Notes under the pieces: generated by a model
The model's database searches: none
What the model was told of the DNA's origin: nothing
The model's input: the letters and a program-made list of their open reading frames with translations, nothing else
DNA from: Schizosaccharomyces osmophilus
Lineage: Eukaryota
NCBI RefSeq assembly: GCF_027921745.1
Contig: NC_079240.1
Span: 248,001 to 312,000, forward strand
Direction of reading: 5' to 3'
Length of the DNA stretch: 64,000 nucleotides
Part shown: piece after piece, positions 23,667-35,634 of the stretch
Numbering within the stretch: the stretch's first letter is position 1
Layout of the letters: each line of letters starts with the position of its first letter
Position numbers and translations under genes: made by a program

Positions 23667-25229
23667 ATGTCCGACGACTTGGAAGCTTCCTCCCATTTGT
23701 TTGCTCGCTCCTCCGTAAATGACACTTCTTCGCAATTATCTCGATTGGAAGAAGTCGAGCTCCTTGAGGGTGCCCTCCCTTCTCCATACAGAGAAGAGTT
23801 TTTAAACGAGGATGCATTGTATCTACCGCCAAAGCCCCAGTATGGGCAGTCTTATTTGGCCGCCGGTCCTTATTATGCTAACAAAATGACTCCCGGTTGG
23901 CCTCTCAACTACTTTATTGGTATCGAAAGATCTCGGTTCGAAAAAAAACTCTCCAACTTTTGGCTTCGAAATTTCTTGTTGCAGGTTCTCGCTCCTTGCG
24001 TCGTCCTTCTTTGGTGTGCAATCCCCATGCCACTGTATCAGGATAATCAGGGTATTGTTCGTATAAAATTTTGGTTTTTTCTTTTTTTTTATTACGGTAT
24101 CTACAATGCCGTCGGTTTGTTGTGGATTACAAAACTCTTTCATATATACTCTGTCAATTGGTTTTCCAGTAAACTTGGCGGCACAATGAGTTATATATTG
24201 TTTTGGGCCTTTAGTATCCTCGTCGGTAGCTTGGCCGTCTATTTTACTGCTTGGCGTCAAATTACTTTCACTTGGATTACCTTGATGTTCATTTCCATGA
24301 TCATCCCTATTGGAATCTCCTTTTCAAAACTGTGGAATAAGCATTCTCGCCGCACAACTCAATTTTTGTCTCAGTTGTCCCTACTTGAACCCAACGTTCG
24401 AAGTAACGCTGTCTTGGAAACCATAGGCTGGAAAGATGCCTATGCTCATTATTCTTGGTTTATTATCGTTCTTTGCGTTACCCTCGTCGTTTACCTAGCC
24501 GGTGAATACCTTACCAATATCTACATGTCCACACTTCCTCACAGCTCCAGTGTCGCCATTGCATATGTGTATTCATGGATGTGTACCGTTAGTTTGTGCA
24601 ATTTGGTTTCGTCCTGGATTTTGAACACAAAGACCCACTCTTACGCTCTTGTTTCTGTCTTCAAGCTCTATTTCGAGCTTACTCTCCAGGTTTATGTGCG
24701 CAATTTGTATGCCAGACTCGAATCGCCTCAACAGTTCGTTCTTGTACAAATTGCCTCTTCTCTTACCATGATGACTGTCGTGCCTTTGATTTTAATGTCA
24801 CGCACAGCATATCACTTTAATAAATCCCTCACAAATAGTCTAGACCCCTACGCTGTATATCGAAAAAATATGGGCAGAAACTTTTACGTGAAGTGTGTTG
24901 CTTCCAACCTCAGTATGCTTTCATTTTTAGGCTGGTCTGTTATCCTGCATTTTGGACCGAATGCCGCAATTTATCCATATTTCACCTTTGCGAAGGACAG
25001 TCCGTATAGTTTTAAGCTTACCTTTTATGCTTCTTCTGCGGTGTGGGCAAGCGAGCTTATTGCTGCCTACTTTACTCGGTTGATTATGAGTAAATATTAT
25101 GATTTCGAAGTTTCTTTGGAAGCTATCCGCGATTTCGTCGAATATCCAGACATGATACCAGCTTTCATTTTTGTTGGTATTCATGTTTTACAGAATGTTT
25201 TATTTAGCATTATCCAGTTACGATTCTAG
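23667..25229 (+). CDS. Conserved fungal multipass membrane protein (SPCC553.12c-like), function unknown
   Basis: 520-aa ORF with about 10-11 hydrophobic segments, at the syntenic position between mae2 and toa2. Confidence 0.8.
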   Translation: MSDDLEASSHLFARSSVNDTSSQLSRLEEVELLEGALPSPYREEFLNEDALYLPPKPQYGQSYLAAGPYYANKMTPGWPLNYFIGIERSRFEKKLSNFWLRNFLLQVLAPCVVLLWCAIPMPLYQDNQGIVRIKFWFFLFFYYGIYNAVGLLWITKLFHIYSVNWFSSKLGGTMSYILFWAFSILVGSLAVYFTAWRQITFTWITLMFISMIIPIGISFSKLWNKHSRRTTQFLSQLSLLEPNVRSNAVLETIGWKDAYAHYSWFIIVLCVTLVVYLAGEYLTNIYMSTLPHSSSVAIAYVYSWMCTVSLCNLVSSWILNTKTHSYALVSVFKLYFELTLQVYVRNLYARLESPQQFVLVQIASSLTMMTVVPLILMSRTAYHFNKSLTNSLDPYAVYRKNMGRNFYVKCVASNLSMLSFLGWSVILHFGPNAAIYPYFTFAKDSPYSFKLTFYASSAVWASELIAAYFTRLIMSKYYDFEVSLEAIRDFVEYPDMIPAFIFVGIHVLQNVLFSIIQLRF

Positions 25230-26167
25230 GACTTTTTCCCTCTCGCTCTTTCCTTATCATTTTCTTTCCTATTGAATTTGTTGTTGAGCCATGGGTATGT
25301 ATAGTAGCATCTGAGCGTATACCTTTTTCGTTAAATTATTTCCACGTATATTTCTCTTCTCCTTTTCCAGTGGCATGAATTGGTATTCGCGATATCCTAT
25401 GTTGTTTACGGTTTTTATTTTATCATTTTTTGTCAATAATGCTTAGAAATTGCGCACTTATTGGACTTAACGTCACAAATAGAGCCTCATTACTTTTTGT
25501 ATATAATCATAACTTGATTATCGATCTCATGAATAATTCCTGTGTAAACTTTCCTTTCACTCAAAAAGCTCCAAGCTACGTGTTAAACATTGAACTCGGG
25601 GTTATTCCTTTATCTAGATGGTGAATGAGTCTTGCAAAACAATCCAGTTTTATCCAAAAAAATTTTTTATGCAAAGGTTTCTATGTTTCTATCAGGATTA
25701 TGCTAATTTGCCATTGAAGTTTCCACATAGAATAGAAGACGAGATCTTAACATTGAAGAAATAAAAATAAGCCGCTTAAAGATAACAAACTATTAAAAAT
25801 TGTTTTGAAGCAAGTCGGCGCCAAAAAGAATCACAACAGTATTCTGATTACAAGAAACAGATCGTACACGAACAAAAAATGGTAGAATAAACTTGATTTT
25901 AAATTTACCATTGTGAATACGATTTAATTTGTCTTGCTGATCATAGCCGGCCTTTGTTTGGGTCTGCACTATGTTAGAAATATTAATATTTATTTACTAA
26001 CATAGGGCATCCAGCTTATCGTTATCGTCCTCTACTACGCATGGAATAAACATTAACGCAGTATTCCGTGGTACTATAAAATGTTTCACCAGCGGGGGGC
26101 GAACCACAATATTCAAACTTGCCCTTAGCTAAACACTGCGTGTCTATTTCCAAGATCAATTAAACCA

Positions 26168-26675
26168 ATGTCGCAATATTACGAACTATACAGACGTAGC
26201 AGGTAACTTCTTTATTTAGTTTTTTGTGCTTGGCTAACTTTTACAGCATAGGGTATGGACCTTTGACGGATTCGCGTTGGTAGTTTTAATTCACGTACTA
26301 ATGGAAAAATGTTTAGAATTTCATTGACTGATGCATTGGATGATTTGATTTCCCAAGGGAAAATATCCCCACAGCTGGCTATGAAAGTTCTTTTCAACGT
26401 AAGTATAAATTGCCAAAACAAGACCCTGTCTTTAGTTTGACGCCGCTAGCTAACACGCTCATTCATAGTTTGATAAAAGCATGACAGAAGCGTTGGCTGA
26501 AAAAGTACGGGCTCGCCTGACGTTTAAGGGACACCTTGATACATACCGGTTTTGCGACGAAGTTTGGACGTTTATTATAAAAAATCCAAATTTCCGGTTT
26601 GATAACGAAACCGTGACAAGCAATAAGATTCGGATTGTCGCTTGTGCAACCCGCGATTCTTCAGCAAATCGCTGA
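26168..26675 (+). CDS. toa2: TFIIA small (gamma) subunit; exons 26168-26202, 26247-26252, 26317-26398, 26469-26675; 109 aa
   Basis: Spliced product [72 protein letters not shown]. All three introns are GT..CTAAY..AG. Confidence 0.92.
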
Positions 26676-27527
26676 TTGGTAAATATCATAAATAAAGGAC
26701 TGTTTCATGATTTCGCTATGTCATGAACTACCTTGCACTTGTCATGATTTTTCGGTATTGGGAACGAAAGTCTTGGATGTACAGTTTCGTTCAATTGTGC
26801 CTTTCTAGCCTCACTGTATTAAACCTTTGATTTAATGTCTTTTGGATAACTCGTTTTGATTTTTTTCCGTTGATTTTTCTTTCATGCTTCCATGATGACC
26901 AATGGCTTGTTGTAACTTTAGAATTCCCTTTCTTGACATTGTTTGTTGTCTCTTAATTATTTACAGTTCTTCCAAACTGTCTACTTTACATTGTTATCTT
27001 TAATAATTTCGTTGCACCGTGTATGTATTGTCGCCGACGTTAAAGGATTGGTTTACCCTTCTTTTAACGTAACTATGCTGAACTTTGCGACATTTGGCTT
27101 ACAAATGATCTTTCTTTTGTGGTAGATTTTTCGAGATATTTGGTGTTTTCATCTTGCACCAAGCGTTTTCCATCCACTACTTGTATTTTAGTTGATTGAA
27201 TATGTGAATAAGTTGTCGGATATTCATTTGTTCTTTATTCGATTCGTTTCTATTTCGTACATGGTGCTATTCCCTTTCGTAGCCTATTATGATGCGTTTT
27301 CATTCATCAAAAACTGTTAGTAAGAAAAAACGCAAATATAAAAGTAACGGTAAGCGGAATAATTACCCCTCAATTTCGTTGAAAACGGACGTTATTAAAG
27401 AAACAAATAAATCACACGAAAGCAATGTGATCAGGATTGCTTGGCGTAAACGAAAATAAAAAATTGAGCACGGCGCACAAGGATGGACCTGCAATCTTTA
27501 AAGGTGAATGTCAAATAGACGAGGATT

Positions 27528-28298
27528 CTAGTTAATTATGAAGAAAGTTGCTGCTCCAATCAAACCAAACAGGCTTGTTTGGAACAAGCCATGTATGGAG
27601 GAACTGCCAGATTGAACTGCGTTGTTCCGGGCAAGAGAAGTGGTGGAATTGCTGTAATTTCCGAATTTGCTAGAATTGTTAAAGTTGCTGAAGTTGCTGT
27701 AATTGCTGAAGTTGCTTCCCGCATTGGAGGAGTTGCTTATATTTCCATATGGGGCTGCAATGGCACTAACGCTAGCAACTGGCTGGGAAGAGATAGGAAA
27801 GGATGTAGAAGAACCAGCGTACCAAGAACTCAACGTGGAAGAATCAGTTTTAGACTGGGACGTTTTATGAGAGGTGGTGGCATTAGAAGAGGCAGGGACA
27901 TTAGAAGAGGCAGGGACATTACTCGAAAATGATAGAGCAGGGGAGGCATTGTCGCTTGAAGGCAAAAGAGTGAATTCGTCAGACTGAGCATAGATTTCCT
28001 CGGGACTCTCGGGATTACCCAGATTGATACGGAAACCATTACCAGTAGGCCAGTCGCTGGTATTTACGGTAACCTTACTTTCGGTGAGATTAATCTTAGC
28101 AACCAACCTGTTCAAGATTGGAAAGTTGACATAGTTGGTCAAGTATACTCCGACGAACGGTTTGTCTGTTCGGACATAATCCCACGTTATTGTATGATTA
28201 TCCTTGATTTCCCATTGCGTACTTTGGGAAGGGCTGGTGATATGAATAGTCAGAGAGCAGGCGACGAAAGCAAACACCACCAAATTTGTTAGGATCAT
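27528..28298 (-). CDS. Ser/Thr/Asn-rich secreted, probably GPI-anchored cell-surface protein with a Kre9/Knh1-like N-terminal domain (SPCC553.10-like)
   Basis: Signal peptide, ITSPS..ITW..GFRINL..IYAQSDEFTL domain, S/T-rich stalk and hydrophobic C-terminus. Confidence 0.85.
   Translation of the reverse strand: MILTNLVVFAFVACSLTIHITSPSQSTQWEIKDNHTITWDYVRTDKPFVGVYLTNYVNFPILNRLVAKINLTESKVTVNTSDWPTGNGFRINLGNPESPEEIYAQSDEFTLLPSSDNASPALSFSSNVPASSNVPASSNATTSHKTSQSKTDSSTLSSWYAGSSTSFPISSQPVASVSAIAAPYGNISNSSNAGSNFSNYSNFSNFNNSSKFGNYSNSTTSLARNNAVQSGSSSIHGLFQTSLFGLIGAATFFIIN
27881..27921. repeat. 18-bp coding tandem repeat (2.3 copies, SSNVPA)
   Basis: cattagaagaggcaggga twice, followed by catta. Confidence 0.85.
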
Positions 28299-28546
28299 CT
28301 TGATTGATACAAACGAGATTTAAAGATTGAAAATAAGAGTTTCTTGATTAAGAGATGCAGCAAAATTTCTCGACAATAATGCTTGCTTGTGGATATGATA
28401 CTAAAGATGAACGTACAGTTCTAAGGATGATTGATCAAGATGCGAATGGTCGCTAAAATGCTTTAGGATAATTAATACTTATTCCTTTTTGATATCGATA
28501 GAAAAGTAGAAAAAGTGTGGAATCGAGACTATATATAGACAAAAAA

Positions 28547-28602
28547 GTAAACAAAACTGATAAACCCAAACCGCAAATTCGATCGATTTTTGTAAACAAA
28601 CA
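28547..28602. promoter_or_regulatory. Two forkhead sites (GTAAACA; the second FLEX-like GTAAACAAACA) upstream of the cell-surface gene
   Basis: GTAAACA at 28547-28553 and GTAAACAAACA at 28592-28602, just upstream of TATATATAG near 28530. Confidence 0.45.
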
Positions 28603-29973
28603 AAAGCTATTACCCCACCCAGATTGCTACCTACCCCTCAAAAGTTATTATATTACAAACAAACAACAAACATACTTAACACTCTGATCCAGAACGTAAA
28701 TTTCTAGTATATTTCCTGTATTTTCATTGAATGCCATTCTCCAATGAAGCCCTGGAAGTCACCTCTTTTCTATGTTTCATCCTCGCTCCGCACGAAGAAT
28801 ACCTTCTCGTTCGTTATTATTTTGAGTTGACGAAATCGGTAGCTAATGGAGTTCGCTATAATAAATAATTAAAATAGAGTTTACTTTAAGATTCTAAATA
28901 ACGAAAAGGTTTTTTTTCGAATTATGGCAAAAAATAATGCTTGATTTTGCTCTTTTGCATTTATAGGCTTCATTTAATCTATGAGAATATCATTGATACA
29001 TTTTCAACCTTATATCTCCTCCTCAAACGTCTTAGTGTTTAAAGAACATCCGGTACTCGAATATTATATTACAGAGTAGAATATTGTAAATCAGACATAA
29101 ACAAACCAAACAAACAAACGAAAGACTAGCTTTGGCCATTTTAAGTCGTAAGGTGTTTTTTTATACGTTCCTTTATGTATTCTATGGTGGGAATTCTTCC
29201 GTTCGAAGGGTTGACTGAAAGTCGACTTGTTCAGCCATAGCTTGGTTAGCATTATCAGCGACACATACCTTCTAATTCTGTTATGGAAACTTAAAACTAG
29301 ATCCCAGTTACATTGACTGCGCTCTGCATACTGTGGATGATATTGACGATGCGACATATATTCAGTACTGGCAAACGGTACCATGAACTTGGCTACAGTA
29401 AGCAAAACAATCATCGATAGACTGCTGGGTAAACGGTTCAGTTTCGCTAAACAAGGCTATCTACGCATTTTCGTCGTTCAACCAAACATCCATTGGGGAA
29501 CTAAAAAGTTCATGCGGAAACTGATGCCCAATGCCAGCAATGCATTCCTTCGGCCACTCTCATAAACTTAGCTGTCCTATTTCTTCCCTAGCAGAGACTT
29601 GTTACAATAGCGCTGCTGAAAGACACAGTGGGTGACAAAATTTGTTTGTTCCTTATTTATCTACCTCATAAGTAAGACGCTTCATTGCACTACTCTTGGA
29701 CGATTTTTCTTCAATATTATTCTTAAGATAGGTAAATATATAAGTATATAAGAACTACTTGAACGCCATACAAGTACGAGTAAATTAGAGAAACGCGCCG
29801 TTTCTTTTTCCTTTTTTTCCTTTTGTTGTTTCTTCTTTTTTAAAAGAATAAAAATGAATTTAGAAGAGAATCATTTCTACTTTCAACTAATGTTGATCGA
29901 AAAGAAAAACATGCAACACTCTCTGACCTGCCTTACTACCTCTTTCACCTCTACACCATAGGCCTTTTCCAAG

Positions 29974-29984
29974 ACGCGTAAACA
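29974..29984. promoter_or_regulatory. MCB element ACGCGT overlapping a forkhead site GTAAACA in the spb70 promoter
   Basis: acgcgtaaaca about 160 nt upstream of the ATG of a replication gene. Confidence 0.5.
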
Positions 29985-30142
29985 AACCTTTTTTTTATGA
30001 AACAAGGATATTTAAGTGAATCATAGAGAAAGGGACTTCAATTTTGTTTATCTTTGACTATTTTATGGTTTTTCTTTCCTTTTGCTAAACGAAAAATTCA
30101 ACGGACTCGCTCAACGATTATTGAAAGAATTTTTGGTATACA

Positions 30143-32010
30143 ATGGAATTCCCTCCGGATCAAGCACTTCTTGAGGAGAAAAACACTCTTCTACAAAGCT
30201 GCGGAATGGACGAGCAAATGATGTTTTACAAATGGGAGTCCTGGTGTCTGCAGCGTGGAAATAAGCCTGTCCTAAACTTGGATAACTTCAGAGCGTTTGC
30301 CGCAGATACGCGGACTCAAATGGAGCGTCAGGTAAGGGCTACTTTACGAGAAAAACCAGAAAAGCGACACATAAAAACAAAGACTGGGATGAACTTTGAA
30401 AATATGTAAGGCATTGATTCCTTTTGATAGTTTCTAACTTTTATTTAGTCTTGGTTTACCTGCTAAATCCCAGAATTTGAAAAATAACGCCTCAAGCCAA
30501 CCTGTACCACCCGCTTCCGATGTACCAAGTCTCACCGGTGAGTCTGGCCGTATCCTTGAAACTCTCAACGCAAGTTTACCCTCAGCATCTACTTCCGCTA
30601 ATGTTCCAAAACCATCTTCACCTGAAATAACAGCATATATTGATCCAAAAGCATATCATTATCGGATCATGTTCCAAAAACTCCAAGACTCATCTGAAGT
30701 TCTTGATGACCGAATCGATCTTTTCAGTGGTATAGTTTGTGAACACTATAAAATTGCTGATGATGACCTTGCAAATCCAAGCGAGCTTACACAGGAAATG
30801 GTTACCGTGGTTGGAAGAGTCGTCGTTGATAGCAACACTGTCGGTGGACGCCTTAACTCTAATAGTATACTATTAGAAACTTCAAGAAGACTAGGCGCTG
30901 GCGCCAGAGTCTCACTTAAATTAGATGAAGTATTAAATTACTCCATCTTTCCAGGGCAAATTATCGCTCTCAAAGGGTCCAATCCTAGTGGTAAAGTGTT
31001 TGTTGCCAAAGAGATTTTGCCATTTCCTCCTCTTCCATTCCCTGTTTCTTCTAAAGAAGAAATTGAAAACCACAACAACCAAGAGAACAATCAACCCATT
31101 TCTGTCTATGTGGCTTCGGGTCCTTGGTCTCTCCGAGATGATCTTTCTTTTACCCCTTTAAAAGTCTTGGTGTCTTATTTGCTAGAGAACCCTGCCGATT
31201 TGGTGATCCTGACAGGCCCATTCATCGACATCAACCACCCTATCCTCTCCACAGGAAATATCTCTGATACACAAGCGACTTCACTTGAAGACTTCTTTAA
31301 AGAACGCGTTACCCCAATCCTTTCCAAAATTTCTTGCAAATGCATTCTCCTACCTCACATCAACGATGCCATTTCTAGTCATCCCGCTTGGCCTCAAGAC
31401 ACATTCGATCGTCATACACTAGGGCTCCCATCTGTACGTCTATAACTTTTTTTATAGTTACTTGGATTTTTACTAACCTTATAGAACTTTACATGCTTTC
31501 CGAACCCTTGCATTTTCTCAGTAAATGAAGTTGTTTTCGGTATATCCACGAATGACATTTTACTACACACCTCCAAGGAAGAACTTTTCCGAACTCCAAA
31601 GCATGGAAACCTTTTTTCCCGATTAGTAGCTCATGTCATTCATCAAAGGCATTTTTACCCTTTGTTTCCGGGTGGTTCTCTAGACAGAGGTAATCCGTCA
31701 AATATCGACATTTCACATTTAAAACTTGGAGAGCTACTTCAAACTGTCCCAGATATCCTTATTTTACCTAGCGATATGAGATACTTTGCAAAGGTAAGTT
31801 TGTTCATATAGCTTGTAAATTCTAACGAGTTTAATATAGATTGTTGAAAACGTGATATCTATTAATCCCGGAAAAGCTACGAAAGGAATCGGTCTGGGAT
31901 CTTTTACAAAGCTAACAATTCTTCCTTATCCTCTTGATTCTTCAATTCCTCCTAGTGACCTTCTACATAATGCTCAATCTCGTACTAAAGTTGAAATTGT
32001 AAAGTTATAA
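30143..32010 (+). CDS. spb70: DNA polymerase alpha B subunit (Pol12); exons 30143-30405, 30449-31433, 31485-31793, 31840-32010
   Basis: YRIMFQKL, GARVSL, SIFPGQI, ASGPW, GPFID, FPNPC, HFYPL, PDILILPS and INPG. Three canonical introns restore the frame. Confidence 0.92.
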
Positions 32011-32240
32011 AACTGTCATTTCCTGTATCATGGATTGCTTATAGAACTTCAGCTTACTGTTATAATACATGGAAATACAGATTCATTTGTTATGTTTTTG
32101 TTTCTAACTATCGTTCTTTACAAATTTATCGTAAAAATGATGTATAGCAAGGTCCAACGAAACCCTCTTTTTAATTATATTTTGGTATTCGTAACATTCT
32201 CGTCTACTTCTTGCAACCTCATCCATAAAATAGATTCAGG

Positions 32241-35200
32241 ATGCCAGTGATTCCGCCTGAACGCTTAGCCCCTCTTCAAAGCAATCAAAATAACATAAGA
32301 AACTTTACTTTGTTGGCTCATGTGGATCATGGAAAGGTATAGGACAACTTTACTGCATTTTTCCAACTCATACTAATCAAGCAAATTATAGACTACATTG
32401 GCTGACAGTCTTTTGGCTACAAATGGAATTATTTCTAGTAAATTAGCAGGAACGGTTCGTTATCTTGACTTTCGTGAAGATGAAATAACTAGAGGAATTA
32501 CGATGAAATCTAGTGCGATTTCATTATTTTTCAAGGTTATTAGCCAAAATAGAGAAAAAGCGACTGAAAATGATTACTTAATTAATCTTATCGATTCTCC
32601 TGGTCATGTTGATTTCAGTTCAGAAGTTTCATCTGCGTCTCGTTTGTGCGATGGTGCCTTCATCCTAATTGACGCTGTTGAAGGAGTATGCAGTCAGACA
32701 ATAACGGTTCTTCGTCAAGCTTGGGTCGATAGAATAAAAATGGTGCTGGTCATTAACAAGATGGACAGGCTTGTGACTGAACTAAAATTATCCCCCATCG
32801 AAGCCCATCACCATTTGCTTCGCCTTGTTGAACAAGTCAATGCGGTAATAGGTACATTTTATAGAGGAGAGTTGATGAATTTAGATGAAACAGAGGAGGA
32901 AGCTAGCGATGAGGGCATCTATTTCTCTCCCGAGCAAGGCAATGTAATTTTTGCAAGTGCATCCGATGGTTGGGCTTTCTTTCTAGATCAGTTTGCAGAT
33001 TTTTATGAAAAAAAGCTCGGAATGAAGTCTAGTGTTCTTACTAAATGCTTATGGGGAGATTACTATTTGGACCCAAAAACCAAGCGTATCCTTCAAGCAA
33101 AGCATCTTCAAGGTCGACGCTTAAAGCCATTATTCGTTCAGTTTGTTCTTGATAATATTTGGGCAGTCTATAATTCAGCCATCGTAGAGCGTGATTTGGA
33201 TAAAATTGAGAAAATTGTCAAAACACTAAACATAAAAGTCCTTCCTCGTGACATGAGATCGAAAGATCCCAGAAATCTGCTATTAGCAGTATTTCAACAA
33301 TGGCTACCTCTTTCGACTGCAATTCTGCTGACAGCCATTCGAAAAATTCCTTGTCCCATAGATGCACAGAAAGATCGTGCATTGAAAGTTTTAAAGACCA
33401 CCCCACACTTTGAAAATGTGGACCCGAACATAGCAACAGCTATGTCTCACTGTAAAGCTAATAAAGAAGAACCGATGTTGGCTTACATTAGTAAAATGGT
33501 TGCTTACTCTGAAAGAGATCTTCCACACCAAAAACGCCGACAGCTTACGGCTGAGCAAATGCGTGAATTGAGACAGGCTAAATTGGCTGGTTCTGTAGAA
33601 AATTCAGTGGGATCCTTGTCAATTAACGAAAATGAACAAACAAATGAATCAAAAGAGAATTTGGAAAACAGAGGTTATGAAGAGGAAGAAGAAAAAGACG
33701 TCTTTGTTGGGTTTGCTCGTATTTACAGTGGTACCATCTCTGTTGGTCAACAAGTTTACGTTTACGGCCCGAAATACGATCCGGCAAACCCAGATGAACA
33801 TGTTACCAAAGTTACGATTGAATCCCTATACTTAATGATGGGTCAAGAACTTTTTCCATTAGACACTGTACCTGCCGGTAATGTATTTGCTATTGGCGGT
33901 TTGGCAGGAATTGTCTTAAGAACTGCTACTTTGTGCTCTGTACCAGGAGGACCAAATTTGGTTGGTGTGTCTCAGCAAATGGAACCCATCGTACGTGTTG
34001 CTGTTGAACCGGCACGCCCTTATGAGATGAATAAGTTGGCTGCCGGATTAGAAATGTTAAACCAGTCCGATCCATGTGTCCAAATCGCAGCGGAAGAAAA
34101 TGGCGAGCATGTAATTATGTGCGCTGGTGAAATTCATCTGGAACGTTGTCTCAAAGACTTACGAGAAAGATTTGCTAAAATTGAAATACAAGCTTCCCAA
34201 CCAATTGTTCCTTTCCGTGAAACGACAATTGCAGGTCCCGATATAACTGCCAAGGACAAGGAGACTCCAGTCGGGTTTGTAAGTACATCCGTCGCATCTG
34301 GTGGTATTCAGATAAAGCTTTCTGTAACTCCATTATCTAGTGATTTAGTGAACTTCTTATTGAATCATGAAAAAACAATCGAGTCATTTATGCATAATAT
34401 TTCGAAAAAAGGAAAAAATGGCGATAATGACTGTTCCGACGTTCAAAAGCAGAAAGAAGAAATTCTTAGTTCAGAAGACTTTGTTATAAGTATTCATAAA
34501 TTGTTATCTGAGGCGTCCCCAGATAATAACATTGTTGAATACCTTGACTCGATAATGTCTTTTGGTCCAAAGCGAGTAGGCCCCAATATCTTAATCGATA
34601 AGACCGGATTGATGAAAACGGTACGCCAGGAAAGTGATGGATCTAGGCTTATTCCCTTTGATCTTGGTGAGTATATTGCTACTGCCTTTCAGATTTCTAC
34701 GCAGCAAGGACCACTATGTGCCGAACCTGTACAAGGCATCTGTGTTTCCGTTGAATCTATTGAAATAGAAAATGCTGAAAAAGATAATGAATTGCTTACT
34801 ATCGGTAACCCACAGATCCCTGGGCAAGTTATTTCCGCTGTACGTGAGGCAATTAAACAAGGATTCCTTGCCTGGTCGCCAAGGTTATTACTTGCTATGT
34901 ATTCGTGCGATGTCCAGGCTACTGCTGAAGTTTTGGGCAGAGTATATGGCGTGGTTACCAAGAGGAGAGGTCGGATTGTAGACGAAGAAATGAAAGAAGG
35001 AACTCCATTTTTTGTTGTAAAAGCTGTGATTCCTGTTGTGGAATCGTTTGGTTTTGCAGTTGAGATTTTAAAGCGTACATCTGGTGCTGCGTATCCCCAA
35101 CTCATTTTCCACGGATTCGAAATGCTTGACGAGAATCCATTTTGGGTTCCCACAACAGAAGAAGAATTAGAGGATTTGGGTGAACTCGCTGATCGTGAAA

Positions 35201-35304
35201 ATATTGCAAAACGCTATATGTTGAATGTTCGAAGAAGGAAGGGTTTACTTGTCGAACAAAAAGTAGTAGAAAAAGCTGAAAAGCAGAGAACTTTAAAACA
35301 TTAG
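32241..35304 (+). CDS. ria1: EF-2-like GTPase Ria1/Efl1 (60S maturation); exons 32241-32336, 32392-35304
   Basis: AHVDHGK-TT split by an intron; RGITMKSS, DSPGHVDF, NKMD and C-terminal RRRKGL..EKQRTL. Confidence 0.95.
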
Positions 35305-35634
35305 AACTAAACAAGTCGAAAATAATTTATTTGATATTACAAGTATGAATCGGGAAAAAATGTTTCGGAAAAAGTTATGTACAGAAGTTTTTAATAAATT
35401 TTGGAATTTTATGTTTATTGGTATTCCAACTTTGTTACAGAATTAAAACCGACAAAAACTACAAATATAAGGCACTTCACATCAGAAGCAATTTGGATTT
35501 CAGATCCCTCCATAATAATATATTATGAACTCATTTAATTAGCGAAATTTTTAATTTAGATGCGTCGCGCTTATTAATATAAACAAAAACCACTACTACT
35601 CAAAAAATAATTTGCTTTTACCTATAATTTTTCA

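Noticed and set aside
26426..26453. Cryptic acceptor TAG-TTTGAC in toa2 intron 3
   Set aside because: No branch point upstream, and its use would hit an in-frame TAA.
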